Below, in pieces: positions 37,331-51,076 of a DNA stretch of 64,000 bases (position 1 is the first letter of the stretch; each line of letters begins with the position of its first letter). Made by a program: the position numbers and the translations under genes. Under the pieces are notes generated by a model. It did not search any database. It had not been told where the DNA came from and saw only the letters and a list, made by a program, of their open reading frames with translations. Origin of the DNA: Lepidodermella squamata (Eukaryota > Animalia > Gastrotricha); the NCBI GenBank assembly GCA_047495785.1, contig JBLDXI010000032.1, positions 2,356,001 to 2,420,000 of the forward strand, given 5' to 3'.

Positions 37331-40300
37331 TCAAAAGCCACCCGCCAGGCGGAAACCACCTGCCGGGTTGGTTGGCGATGACCGGTTCGTGACGTCGAGG
37401 AGCGAGGGGTTGTTTTCGAGGATGAGCACGATGAGTTGGCCGACGTACTCGCGCAACCGCCTGTTGGCATCTTGTTGCTCGCGCAGGTTTTTCTGCAGCT
37501 CCGAGCTGTCCTTGTCGTCGGGCCAAATTTCGTCGGAAACTTGCGCGGCGAGGGACCGGTCGACGCTGTCGAGGCCCTCGGTGACGACGCGTAGGCTCAG
37601 CTTTTCGTTGTTTTCGCGCAGCTCGCGAATTTCTTCCTTATACCGCGCCGACTGTTCCTCGAGCTCGCGGCACCGCCGTTGCCACATTTCAGCAGTAGGG
37701 CCGCTCGGTGGTGGTTCCACACGAGAGAGCGCCGCGCTCAGCTGCGTGCGCAGTTCTAGCACTTCGGCCGCAGCTTCGGCCTCGTGCGCGGAAAGACGGT
37801 TCTGGGCGGCGGCGAGCGCGGTTTCGCGCGAGTCGAGATCGTTGCGCAACTCGTCGCGCTCCTTTTCAGCCTCGTGCAAATCTTGGCGAAGCGACCGCGC
37901 TTCAATTTGGACCCGTTTTAACTCTTCTTGCAAGCGCGATTCATTGGCCGAGGATTGATCTGCTTCACGTTGTAATTTTTGGACACTATAAATGGAAGAG
38001 ACAATTATGAGATTTAAATTCCTATAGTAGATTTTGTATAAGGTACTACAAGCAAAAATTTTACGTTTCCACGCTTTTCCGGCAAATTTCCACGTCTCAG
38101 ACCAATTCTCCATAATTTCGGCATTTTTGGCTCCAAATCATGTTTTTTAATCTCATTCGTAGAAAGATCAACTACGTGATTATTTACTTAAAAAAACTTG
38201 CGCCAGATGAATAACAAATTTAGTAATGAGTCATTTCGATGATTCATCAGAGCAAATGAATTGAAGCTTAAACACATCCTGCGCACCTGCTCATTTCCGA
38301 CTATACAAAATAATTCAGCCGAATAATTACTAGGGAAAAATATGGAACGTTTTTTTCGGCTGGTGTAACCTCATAGAGTCAAATCGAATAAAAATACTTA
38401 CGCTGCTGAGAGGAAGGCGACTTCCGAGGCTTTCTCACGATCAGACTTATTGAGAGCATCGCGTAACCGCCGCTCTGCTAGTTCTCGCTCATCGTGAGCC
38501 TCCCGCAATTGCTCCTCAAACTGAAGTATCCGTTCGCGGAGTTGCTGGTTTTCAGACCTTAGGTGCCGAAACACCATTTCTGACTGGTTATCGCTCAGTT
38601 CACCGAGCTTATCTTCGAGTTGGCGAACTTTGTCGGTGAGGAAATAAATCGACTCGTCAATTTCGCCGACCAGTTCGTTGCTCGTCACAGCAGTCACGCC
38701 AGAATCGGACGCGTTCGAACTGGCATAACCGCCAGTTCCGCAACTGCCACCGCTGTTACCGTTTTTTGTCCGCCTTTTTGACCTAATATCATACGAAAAA
38801 TCAGGTGAACGAATTGTCGAAAGCGATGCTCGAGGGAGTTTTTTCATTACAACTGGCTATCAAATTAACAAAATAAAATGCGCCCCATATAAGGACGTGT
38901 CATAATATAAATAGCGAAGAATGGCAATAATGTACTATAAGGTTAAAAACAAAATTAAGTGCTCTTGAATTGCGGCACGGCAGGTAAATAAAAAGTAAAT
39001 AAATGCGCTTACCCGCGTATTGAAGATCGAATGAAGCTATTGCGCGCCCATTTCTCCGTCGCGCCGCCCATGCCAAAGCCGGAGCGGTCAGGATCGATCT
39101 CGCCGTAGTCCTCAAAACTCTCGCCAAAGTCGCCCGAGCCAGCGCCGAGCGAGCTCGCGTCAGCGCTTCTATTAGTAAACAACAAAACGAAGGCTAGTTA
39201 TAGCAACTACTATTTAAGTAATGAATAGCGTCAAAAATAAATCCAAGATGAAAACAAAATCGCAAAGGTAAATAAAACAATATGCACGCGCGCCTTTTCA
39301 TCCAGCTTAAAAACGTGATCTGAATTATAATTGATGTGCAAAAAACTCACCGTCCTGCTTGCGGCATGACTGCCGAATTCAAATGCGTGGGCGATGACGT
39401 CGTAAAATTGTCTGAATTATGAAAATGATCTGATTCAGTATCGTCAGCTCCAACAACCATTAAAACAGGTGGCTATAATATAAGAAATCAGGAAAAAAAT
39501 GTCATTAATTAACAAGTCATGAAAACATATTAGATGCTATCCAGCTAATTCATCTTGCTACAGCTATTTTTGACTGCGAACTATGCGTACAAATTAAGAG
39601 AGAGACGCGATTTAGAGACAAAGCAAAAGGTGATAGGTTGAAGTGGCAAAAACGAGGCAAGACGAGACGGTGCTGTATCGTTAAAACAAAGCCGACGGAC
39701 GCCTCTCTCGCCATAAAAGAGATACTCGCACAAACAATTGTTGACGACAAATAGAAGCCGCCGAGGAAGCATGCAGCGTCAACAATGTTCACAAAAATAA
39801 TGATCCAAGAGTCGCATAAAACGGTATAACACTCAATAATAATTTTTTCAAGTGCGAAATTCAGCAATGAGAGCTATCGATCTCGAAAATAAGGGAAGTA
39901 ACGAAAAATATCGCACGCTTTATTTTCAGGTAATTGAGCTAGAAAACATTGTACCCAATGCCGTTATTATTATTATTTATGCCTAAGGAATGCGCTGCTG
40001 TGCGAAAATGAAATGTTTGCGCTTGCATGTATTGCCAAGGCAGCTGAAATCACAGCGCGAAAATTTGCATTTTAATTCGTGACCAAGCTTATATACCTGG
40101 CTGGTTCAATACGCGGAACCGAACGCGTGAACGTCTTTTGCTGCTGCTGCTGCTTTATTACGATTCGCTTAGGTGCTTTACGACCAACGAAATAACAGCT
40201 CGGGACATTCTCATAACCGCGTGCATGCCCATTAAAGCGAGAATGGAGACAATTTTCTGGAGCATAACGTGACTTCTTATAATCGCGGTCATCGCAATAT

Positions 40301-43098
40301 CACCTTTGCCGCGAAACTTCAAACTAAATATTGTCTCTAGCCTGCGCCACTTAAGCCTACAGGTAGAATATAACATACTTAACGACAGTCTACAGCATCA
40401 ACATTGCCCTAATAAAGACAATCTGGAAGTTGAAGAAATATCAATATATGAGTATGATATTAAGGTGGATCTGATTAAACTGGCAAATTAAGGAGGTTAA
40501 AAAAATAATATCTAAATGCGGGCCAATTTTTCAAATGAATAGAATCCGATAGTGAATTAGCTCAGCTATATCGCTCGATTCTTGCCCCAATTTTTCTGAA
40601 TCGAATGTCTATCTGTAGAAAATGTAATGTCTTTAAGCATTAGCCACTGCTGCTGCCCCCTGCTCAAGAGACAAGGCCCATCATAATACGATGAGAGATG
40701 AGACCCGAAAAACACTCACAAACGCAAATAAGATGTCTGCGATGTGACCAAAAGTGGCCACAACAACAAATGAACAAATACACAAGGGTAAGACACTGGT
40801 AAAAATGCGTATTAAACTTTCTCGGCGGCAGAAGAAGCAGCGGCAGCACGTAAACACAGCCTCGGCGGCGCATCTGCCTTGATGATAGATGGATGGATAG
40901 TAGTGGTAGTAGTAGTAGTAGATGGGCACAGAAATGCGCAAGTTTGAGTATCGCAGTGTGGGTCATGCCCGATGGAAGATGATATACCTGTTGTAGTCGT
41001 TATTGTAAGACGACGATCATTAGCATGATAATAGCTGCTCAGTGTTTGTGGCGATCGAGTGCCAAACGTGCGTGCGTGCGTGGCAAAGAGCCGCCGCCGA
41101 CCGACCGACCGACTGGTCGCTATACCGGTCAACACCGCGCACTTGTCGCAGGTGCGACACTCGGGTAATATACCCGAAAACACGACTTGTGAAATTAAAA
41201 CATCAGAAAAGTGCGCGCGCGTTGCGAGTTAAGATCAAAATATTGTCGAGCTTCTTAACAGCTTGTATACTCATGTTGTCCGGCGGAGACAAACACCGTG
41301 CTGTTGCGATCTTAATCATCAGCTATTCAGAGGTAAATTTTTAAGGCGGACGATTAGTCGCGTTTATTATAGCCATCGGCGCGCGAATGTAGGTATATGC
41401 ATGGCGCGCGCAAATACAACAAACAACACGGGCGGAGACGAGCGCGGCCGAGGCGGAAGAAGCGTTTTATACGCATTAAGGAAGGCTTTTTATAAACAAA
41501 GATCGAGGTTTGACATGGCGAGACCCGTTGCCAGCCAAGCATGCAGCGACAAGTGGCAAACATTGCAACTTTGGGGCGCCGCCGCCTGTTGCCGCAAAAT
41601 GGCAGTAGAAATAATAATAACAACAATGCTAAAAACAATAATAACAATGAAATTAACGCATTAGGCGCCGCCGACTGTAGTGCAGTGGCTAAATTAAGTA
41701 GTAGAAACCTATATTACCAAAAGGTAAGTAGTCAACTCCTCTCGCCATCTAATCTCGCCCGACTTGTTAAGGTACGTTCGTTTTGCACTGATGTGAATAA
41801 AACAGCCAGCACGTGGTTTTAACTGCTTGGCAATTAACCCTACCGAGTGATAATGAATATCTGCGAACGCGATATACGCCTCACGAGCTCGATTAACTGA
41901 CACGCGTAGCCGCAACGGTAGCACGCAGGTGGAGGAGAAAAACAGCGCTGCGTTTTATGATATAGGCCACAGATAGTGCGTGCCCGGGGGCGATATGGCA
42001 GCGAAACCCGAGAAGTAGAAATAAACCCAAGTCGTTAAAAGCCAAGCCCAATAAAAAAGTATCATGCTATCTGAAGGGGTTGAATAAACACGGGTTTGAA
42101 ACGGTACGCGTAACGCCTTGAAATGGCCACAGCAGAAACTTCAAGGTCAGCAGGTAAATAATAGCTTTGGGCGAAACTATTATTTAATATAGTCGCAGGC
42201 AACCAAATTAAGGCGGATTCGCTAGATAATAGATGAGCTTTGTAGGCGTATCGCAAAGGCCGCGAATCGGGCACGTGCGACAAACTGCTTACTTACTACT
42301 TCTAGTAGCAGTGTTCAATACCTATAGATGGATGAGTTGGTATAACTGCTATGCAAACACAGCAGCAGAAGTACTACTAGTGCAAAGGAGACGAAAAAGT
42401 GGGGCTAGGGCGTTGAATCGCAAGCGTCACTGACGCTGCTGTGCTGAGTCAATGTACACAGATGACATCACCGGGTGAAATCTCGCAATAGATTGCAGTT
42501 AGATCTGCTATTATAATAAATTATATCCCCTCTTCAAAAACGGCCAGGCATGCAAAGGTATACGGCTAAAAAGATAGACAGATAAGCGAACGATGCCACG
42601 CGCTGGCCCTCAACAAGGTGTACGCGCCGCGCGGTACAAGAGCAGCGGCTGTTTTGGGCCAATAAAAAGCCCATATAAAACAGGCATTTACGTTGTTAAT
42701 ACCTCATTCCCCTCGCCCACCTAAAAACCAGGCGTGAGTAATCCCGCTTAGGGCCGCGCCTACTATGAATTTTCGGGCCACATGTTGTTTTCACAACTCG
42801 TATTAAGGTGGATGTTTAATAGCGTGTTGGCTAATATATTATTTTGTAATAGAACTGCACTCTGGACACCACCACAAAAACGCATCAAGGTTAGACAATG
42901 ATAATAACTGTTGACAGGCTTTTGCACGAATAATATTAAAGCTAAATCGTGATAACAAGATTTTCGCAGTTAACAATTTATGCAAATTATTGAGGACTAT
43001 TATTATTTTTCACATCATGAAAAAAACTGTGCACTTACCGGAACAGGCTTGTCGTCGTCGCTGCTAAGGGTGGGAGAGGTGGAGGCGATTTGCGCCAT
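37331..43098 (-). CDS. Rab11 family-interacting protein 3/4 (nuclear fallout-like); 5' exons uncertain
   Basis: Exons 39411-39351, ~39168-39013, 38782-38402, 37985-37331; ESFEDYGE motif; C-terminal Rab11-binding domain NRRLREYVGQLIVLILENNPSLLDV. A candidate first exon at 43098-43039 does not join in phase directly. Confidence 0.8.
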
Positions 43099-43382
43099 GG
43101 TAACACGAAGTATAAAAAGTGTTAGGTAGGTATAATTGTGTATGTGTCTAAAAAAACACGAGAATTAGATTAGTTTAATGGCAGGCTCGAAAGGTCGCGT
43201 GTTTTATTATGCCATCGAAAAAAATTCATTCAAAAAAACACAGCGCTAAAACTGGCAAAAAATTGTGAAAGAACATTGGTTTAAATTGTTAACTAGGCTT
43301 GGCTTCGCTGTTGTTCCATGCGTGTTATCTATATAAAAAAAACAAATAAAAAACATGAGCTCATTAGCTAAATAGTGTGCAT

Positions 43383-43433
43383 ATGCAAATTAGTTGGCGA
43401 GAATTTTTTTAACTACATGTTTTCTAGTTATAA
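43383..43433 (+). promoter_or_regulatory. Putative type-3 Pol III promoter (octamer plus TATA) of the RNase P RNA gene
   Basis: ATGCAAAT at 43383-43390 and TTATAA at 43428-43433, about 30 nt upstream of the P1 helix. Confidence 0.6.
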
Positions 43434-43461
43434 GGCGGAATTTCCCCACTAATTCTAACCC

Positions 43462-43774
43462 GAGTTGGGGTCACGCTTGCCTGGGGTGCTACATTACAGG
43501 GTGCTAGTCACCATTAAACGGAGCACTTGGGAAGGTCGGCGTCAAAGGCACTTAACGCTCGAGACGGGCGCTATCCTAGCGGATTAGGTGGGTCACCAGA
43601 AACAAGGCCCTGCGCTGGATCAAATTACCGCGCGAGACGCCCGGTTCGCCGGGCGGATGCGATGGTCCGGCGTTCGGTTGGAACGGCTCACAGCCAGCAC
43701 AGACAGCGAGATCGGCAAGGTGGCTACTATCTAAAGTGGTCATAACTCAATTCCGACTACGTTGACGCCAACTC
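43462..43774 (+). ncRNA. Nuclear RNase P RNA
   Basis: P1: GAGTTGGGGTCAC pairs with GTTGACGCCAACTC. CR-I GGGAAGGTCGG (43529-43539) pairs in P4 with CR-V AACTCAATTCCGACTAC (43744-43760). CR-III-like TTGGAACGGCTCACAGCCAGC. P2 CTTGCC/GGCAAG. Confidence 0.9.
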
Positions 43775-43780
43775 GTAATG

Positions 43781-43786
43781 TTTTTT
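43781..43786 (+). terminator. Pol III T-run terminator
   Basis: T6 run six nt after the 3' strand of P1. Confidence 0.7.
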
Positions 43787-43835
43787 CCTGTTTAGCAAAG
43801 CAGATTATTTAGAGTAAACTTACGGTGGTGATTCA

Positions 43836-46228
43836 TTATTTTTGAGCGAAACAGCTGATGCCAGCTTCTGGCAGGTAAATTCCGCAGTCGGTCAGGTAAT
43901 GAAAAAATCTAGCGTAAATATTTATGAATAGAGTGCGTGAGCGAGTGAGAAATGAATGTAATCATTATGGTAAATACCTCCGACGCTGGCGGTCGTTACA
44001 GGTCAGTTTTCGCCCGAGCTCAGCGCGGCATATATCGCGTACGGTCGAGGCGCATTCGGCGAAACGCAACATTCGCGTTCGATCGTGGAAGAATTTATGC
44101 GGCTGATTGACGCCGCACAACAAGTGGTCGGCGAAACCTTCGCGCGTGCCGAGAATGAGCTGATCGAGGCACGAGCAAACCTCATCAGCCGCCGCGGCAC
44201 CACCTCCCGCCATCGATCCGGCCACTGCCTCGAGTTCGTTGCGGCTATTTACCAAAATAAAGAATACTCAAGTAGCACGCAATAGTATATTAATCGATTA
44301 ATCGCGTTTATTAGATTATTCTATCGAGCGAGAAATTATTGTATGGAAAAGCCCCCTTAAAAAGCTACTACAAAACAAAGCAAACAAACAAACCCGTGGG
44401 CTGTCGCAAATTCGCCACTGGTGTAACCCAGTGTAATTCCGGCACTTTGCCGCAACTCGTCGCGGCGATCGAGTAAGTTAGAATAACAAGAAATCGCCTC
44501 GTCGATTGAGTCTTTAAGCGGCAGGCCGCGCGAATCCCAGCGCATTTCGACCTGACTGCACAGCACGTCTAGCTGTGACTTGAACAATAAGTTGCGGACA
44601 ATCGATCGTTGAGGCAAATAAGTCGGCAGTTGGTTGTCGCCACCACTAGTCTCGCTCGCGACAACAACTTCATCGTCGTTTTTGTTAAAATAATGAAACT
44701 GTAGTGTGTTAACTGCGCGCCGAATGTCGCTTTTTGTCGAGTGGACAATGGCTTTTAACGAGGCAAGCGGAAGCCGACCTCGACCCGCTGACAACGCTAT
44801 CGCGGCTAAATGTTTACACAACTCCGGCTCGCTCGGCCGCGTCATCTCGACCAGCAGGCAGAAGTTCAGCAGGTTTTTGTCGACGCCCTGCGGCGACGAT
44901 GCTGTTAGAATGAAAGGCTTCTCGCCACAAGCAATCAGTCGTGAAAGCGCTGAGGCAAATCCGACGTCACTCTCCGCAAAAATTACATCCGCTTCATCAA
45001 TTAAATACAGTGTTTTCGACTCTAGGGTCAGACCGGTGTTTCGTTTCACAGTCGGGACCTCGATGTCCGAATCTTCTAGAGACGGCTCTTTCGCCGCTGG
45101 CTTTTTATTCCTCGGCTTTTTCCGTCGCCGTTTCACTTGAAAGTCCTCGTCACTGTCATGGTCAGATTCGTTAATTACAATAGATTCAGGTTCCTCATCG
45201 TCGCCAGAATCGACGACGATCACGTTATTTGGCTTCGAACTTTTCCTTTTCTTGCCTGCAGATGGCGGCGCGTGGTCCATTCCGTTTTGAACTGTCTTTT
45301 CCTGTTTTTGTTTAGCAGGCGCCTCAGGCACAACGGCAACAGATTGCTGCGGCCCCGCCTTAACTTTAGGCCGAGCTATCCATCCGTCAAGAGGGCCAGG
45401 TTTCGGAGACGGTTTTGACTTAGGCGTATCGCCTTTTTGATCAATGATTTCCACAGGCTTTGAATCTGCCGGCGAGTCTGGTTTGGATTTTGAAGTTCCT
45501 CCTCCAAATAACTTCTGAAACGCCGATTTAACATCAGGCTTCGGTTTTGTGGCTTTAACCTCTCCGTTTTTCTTGGTTTCAGTGGTTTTCTCGTTTTTCT
45601 CCGTTAAAGGCCTCGAATCCTTGAACTCGCTGCTGAAAAAACTCTCCTTTAACAGCGAATTCGCGTCCACTCGGTGAAGACCAGTAGCAGCTTTGAATTG
45701 CTCCGTTAGAACCTTGCCAGAACGAATTGATGATGAATTAATTTCCACTACCTTTGATAAAATGGCAAATTTGTATGAAATCAGCATTCAGCCAGGTAAC
45801 CATACCTTGAAGCCCTGCTCTTGACATAAAGCGTAAACTCCTGAAGTTTTGCCGCTTCCACAAGGGCCGCAGATCAACAATGCTTTGTTAACGCTCTCCC
45901 CCTCGTCATTCGATTCCTCAGAATCTGGCATGAAATCCGAGTCTGAATCGTCAAGACGAACTCGCCGTTTCTTTGATCGAGGAGTGCCATTAGCATTCAG
46001 CTCTATTGGTGGCTTTTTGGCCCAATCGGAGAGCCAAGATTTAACGAAAACAGCACTATCCTTGTTTCCTATAATATCAGCAGAGGATTGCGGACGAAAT
46101 TTTGTCGACCAATGACTATCTTCATTATCCTTGGCCGCGGTTGAATAAGAATCGACTAGCGATTTCAGCTCATCGGCGGAAATACCGAGATCTTTACTGA
46201 CTGCATCTATTTCAGCAGCTAGATTCAT
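43836..46228 (-). CDS. ATAD5: ATAD5/Elg1 RFC-like large subunit (short form)
   Basis: Exons 46228-45806, 45751-44394, ~44244-43978, ~43908-43836; WSTKFRP, GPCGSGKT, VVEINSS, LIDEADVIF, C-terminal RRRFFHYL. Confidence 0.85.
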
Positions 46229-46287
46229 TTACGAATAAATAAACCCTAAAATGATAAATATGAACAGCATATATTTAATACCATCAG

Positions 46288-46847
46288 TTAGATGTGCTTG
46301 AAAACGACGTCGTTTTGGCTTTCGACGGTTTGGACTTCCAACTTAACAACACATTTGAGCATGTTCGACAGCATTTCTTCGGTAAAGCCGACTAGGAAGT
46401 ACAGTTTCCGAGGCATAATGGACCTAGTGACAAGGCAGGCAATGCGAATGGTGTTGTGCTGCCGTTTCACGATAACCTATCCACAAAATGCATAGTTTCA
46501 AAACATTTAGGACATCTGCCGTGATTATTTACCTCAGACGCGACAAGATGTGGGAAAACTCCATGCATGAATTTACGAATGACTAAATCCTCCCAAGTAG
46601 ATTCATATCGGCGCAATCCTCCCCATAAATTCGAAGTATTCCACGAATTCCATGATTTGCGGACTCCTATTTGATACGCTGGATTAGCCATCTCGTAAGT
46701 CAACGGCAAGTCCCGGTTTTTAGTAGGCTTGTAAACGCTGGAGCGCAACATTTTCCCCGATACCGAGCGTGAGGTATGGATGGATGAAATCGAAACGGTA
46801 TCTATTAGCCTAGAAACTTGCAAAATCTTCGATTCGATGAACGCCAT
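46288..46847 (-). CDS. MRPS24: Mitochondrial ribosomal protein S24 (uS3m)
   Basis: Intron 46477-46532; PLTYEMANPAYQIGVRKSWNSWNTSNL, SEVIVKRQHN, YFLVGFTEEMLS. Confidence 0.93.
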
Positions 46848-46950
46848 TGCCGAGAATCGATCAATAAATCGTCAACAAAGTCTATGTGTAAACGGTGATT
46901 CCTAACTTAAAATGTATTCAAAATAAAATAAAATGCAGAAATCAAGCATA

Positions 46951-47544
46951 TCACAACGTTTGATCGGCGCTGCGGATCAAATCAGAAACAGCGTTTACGA
47001 TTGTTTCGGTATCTGCAATACCTCCAGGACCAACGTCACCACACGCCAGCTTTTTCTCAACAACAGGTATTTCCACGAATCCCCACGACTTAAGCTTTTC
47101 GACATGCTCAGCTGTAATCGGATGCAGGTACATTGCGACATTCATAGCCAATGCAAACGCGACAGGTTTACTGTGAATATCCCAGGCCCGCATGACACAT
47201 GTGAGCAAATTATCAGCCAGGCCCATCGCAATTTTTGCCAGAGTATTAGCGTCTAGTGGGGCTAAAACTGCTACATCGGCCCATTTTTTCAATTCGATGT
47301 GCAGCACAGGGTCTCCCATTCCTCGCCACTGCCATTCATCTTTTTCCGTCAGTATCTCAGCTCCATTCTGCTTAATACTTTCTACGTCATCAACAGATAA
47401 AAAATGGAGGGCGCGCTCTGTAGGAATGACACGAACATCGGCATCGAGGCGCTCTCTCAGTTTTCCAACAATTTGAGCTATTCGAACTGATGCAACAGAC
47501 CCTGTGCAGCATAATAGAATTCTCGGCTTTCGTTGCAAATCCAT
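46951..47544 (-). CDS. PPCDC: Phosphopantothenoylcysteine decarboxylase
   Basis: TGSVAS, VLHIEL, APLDANTLAK, KKLACGDVGPG; intronless. Confidence 0.93.
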   Translation of the reverse strand: MDLQRKPRILLCCTGSVASVRIAQIVGKLRERLDADVRVIPTERALHFLSVDDVESIKQNGAEILTEKDEWQWRGMGDPVLHIELKKWADVAVLAPLDANTLAKIAMGLADNLLTCVMRAWDIHSKPVAFALAMNVAMYLHPITAEHVEKLKSWGFVEIPVVEKKLACGDVGPGGIADTETIVNAVSDLIRSADQTL

Positions 47545-50500
47545 TTTAAAACAATGAACAACTATAATAAATTAGACCAGCTGATCAATGGCATAGCAAA
47601 AATGATGATATGATATTTCGAAAAACGACACAAGATGATGAGTAAATGTAGCTTAATTAATGAAATGTGTCGCAAAACCACTCAATCGGGTAGCCAGTTG
47701 CAGATTTTTTCTGAATTCAAATAATTTGCAACAAGCAACTTTGCAATGAAGAGTGTGTTTTTTACGCTAATATAAAAATTGACACAAAGATAAGCTATAA
47801 AGACATGCTGAGAATTATTAGTACACAATTCCTTCGGCTCAAGTTAACGACGAATGACGAATGATTGTTCATAAATTGGAGGATGGATGCATGAAATATT
47901 CCGGATGTCAGATGTTCAGATACAATGTAAAAGTTAAACACTCCAGGCCCAAAATGTTTCTCCTCTAACCACTTGAACGTGTACGGTTAATTTCGTCAGT
48001 GGTCAGCGATTAAAAATTTCAGGATGGCAAGATCCTTGCAAAAAAAATAACAAAACAACTGAACCACAGGTAGTTTCAAGGAGAAAGCGGTAAGTTTTTA
48101 TACTCCATGTTATACTCCATGTTGTGCTCAGTAAAATTTGAAATATAAGGCTAACTGATAACTGAAAGTTACTAGCCATAACAATCCTACACTCTCCATC
48201 TTATCGCGAAAACGAGTTACTTCGCGGATTAGCTGTTCGAGCGGCCTTCCATTCAACGGGCACAATGGCCGCGTCGACGTAAGAGGTAAGTGGCGAGTTT
48301 TTCTCGGTGAAGCGTTCTGCTTTTAGCTTCAGAAGTTAAGGATCCCTAAAGATCTTCGGGTCATCTCCGTTTCGTTTCGCGTTCGCTTTTGCGCGCGCGT
48401 TCAAAAAAACGCTATTATTCATTCGTCAAAATAAATGTGTTTTAAAATTACACAAGATCCATTTGAATTAAGAGAAACTTTGGCCATTTCATCTGTGAAA
48501 ATAGTAATAGAGGGTATCAATTTTTCTCAGTATTTTGCGGTTCTTTTCTCCCGGTTCGTGAGTACTTCTCGCTTCGAACTGAGGGCAGCGTCCAGCGTCA
48601 AGCATCAAGCATCATCTCGGGACCAAATCTCCGATACCTGGTAGTTTTCAAGCTCGGGATTACCTGGTTATGGAGGACCAGATCGGGAGCTTTATTTTAT
48701 GCAAAAATTTTGCTTTTCCCCGTAGTTCTTGGTTCAGTTAATCGTCAGCGGTCATTTGCTTTCCTGATTGACATGCTTATTCCATCTCGGGTCAAAGAGA
48801 GATCGAAGTTCGAAGTGCATAAATGATGTATTCTGGCAGATTGTTTATTGTTTGTTGTTATAGATGCCTTTTGAATGTACTCTAACAGTTTAATGCTTTC
48901 AACTTATCGAGTCTGCAGTCGAGAGTTTTCACGTCACGGCTCACTGCAGTGTCTTAATCTCGCCTTTGTCCCTGCTGTCCATGTACTCAATGTTTAAAAA
49001 AATTATGTCAGGCGAGCATGTAGAAGGCTGGCGATGTAGTTGTTTCCTAAGCTCATATTACATCAATATCTACCCACAGGGCGCATGCTGTTAATATCAA
49101 ATCAAATGGAAATGAGCTAAGTGGTGTTTCTCAAATTAGTTATCAATTCATCGATCCTCGACAAGCTTACTGGGCCTTTTAGTTTTTTTTGCTCACCTCT
49201 TATCGACTAGTTATCCGTATTAAGCTGTTTTAAGCTGTTTTAAATTACAAAAATTCTTACATGACGGTCGATTATTAGTCTTCCATCATTTCGTCCTTTG
49301 TAACCCTATTTCCTATTGTTATCATCTTATGGAGTCTATACCGATGGGTTAGCACTAGAGTTTTTGACGATTTGGGATTTCAATTTCATTTATTCAAAGT
49401 AAGTCGGGAAGTGGGCTTTGATGAAAGCAGTAGATGAGCGAATTGTCAAATCTCATTGTTGGTAGCATGAAAGATTTATGTCCTGTTTCTTTGCTTGTGT
49501 CCCATTGGTGTCGTTGGGTTGCATCGCCGATCTCCAATTTTCAATTATGGTAATGGGATCAGGATAATATTTGCAGCTGATAAATGAAATGTGAACATAT
49601 TTGAATGCTTCGTCATTTAGCTTTATGAAGCGAGATACAATTTACAATTCGAACTATAATTATCGTAAGCTTTGTGCTGATTGTTCTTTGTTCGAGGCGC
49701 TTGACGCTTGATCACGTCATGATCATCACTAACTAGTAATATTGAACTCTTCTATTGCCTTTACTTTAGATTCTATATAGCGTTTGACGTTTAAATGCTG
49801 CACATTAATTAGGAGCATGATTTTACGTAGATTTTCAATAGTTCCTCGACTTGAGTTGAAATGAGGTTCTTAATTCACGAGCGTAACGACTTATCTTAAA
49901 ATTCGGCTTCAACTTGGATTTTACGGATGTGTTCTGCAGGTATAATATGTAATTATCTTCATCGTAAGAATTTGAATAGTTGAAAATTAGTAATGTTGCA
50001 CTTGAACTTTCGTGCTCAGTATAGGGAGGGGAGTTTGTTAATTGATGACGTCCCATCAACCGTTGGGATTACGTTGTTTTTTCTTCTGAATCCGCTTTGC
50101 AATCGATGGTACTCGATCATCGCTTCTCCAGCGCACTCTGTTCAACGCACATGAGCTTACTGTGAAGTTGAGAGAACATAGGTTTGACTTCGAGCAAAAA
50201 TTTATAGCCTTTTACTCAAGTAAATAAGTTGAAGTGAACGAGTATTTTTTCAGATCTATTGATGATATTGATTGATACAACTTCTGCTTGCGGACATCGA
50301 AAACGTTTTTTATTTCGCTCATAATATCTTGTGCCATTTTTACGCCCGAAAAGGAAAATAGTGCGCTAATTACACGGCCGTCTATTGTCACTTGTTTCGT
50401 GGGGGTTTGAATGCGTTTTAGATATTTTCTTGCTGAACACGCGCTAGATCTTACTGACTGAACCGTTTGAACAACTGATCATTTGTAAATTATAACAAAC

Positions 50501-51076
50501 TGCGACGATCCAAAAAACAGTGCATCGTTTCCTTTAGGATTGTTAATTTGATTGTTTTTGTGAACCTAGTTGGATCACCACATTGCCTAATTTTTGAAGA
50601 TATTATGTCATATATTTATTTATTTTATATTGGTTGTTCAGAAATATTTACGCCGGTCTTCACCTGGTCGTAAGGTATTCGGCGTTATTCATCATATTGC
50701 TTGGCAATAATTTAGTTATGCATGACCATTGCTAGACTAGACAAGCTAGTCTACATCAGCATTGCCTGATAGCAACACATTTTTAGACTCGCAGCTGCAT
50801 TTGATGAATTTACCTTCGTATGCTATAGTCTAGCATCGCATTTATCTGGGATTCTGTTCTCGACTCCGCTCAATAATTTTTCGTTCTAGATTGACACGTG
50901 TACCCTTGCGTTATGCGATACAATATTGATTTTTCTTTTTTGCCGTCTAGGGTGTTTTATTCGAAATAACTGATTAATAGGATCGATCACGAACCAAACG
51001 TCGTTCGAGCTTCTTAACTAGCTAACCGACATATGCTGACGGCGAATACTACTCTTCTATCGTAATAAAAGCAGGA

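Noticed and set aside
40660-42440. Cluster of low-complexity ORFs on both strands
   Set aside because: Explained by simple repeats within the FIP3/4 5' introns; alternative exons cannot be excluded but are unsupported.
43527-43745. 72-aa ORF
   Set aside because: It lies inside the GC-rich RNase P RNA gene and has no protein features.
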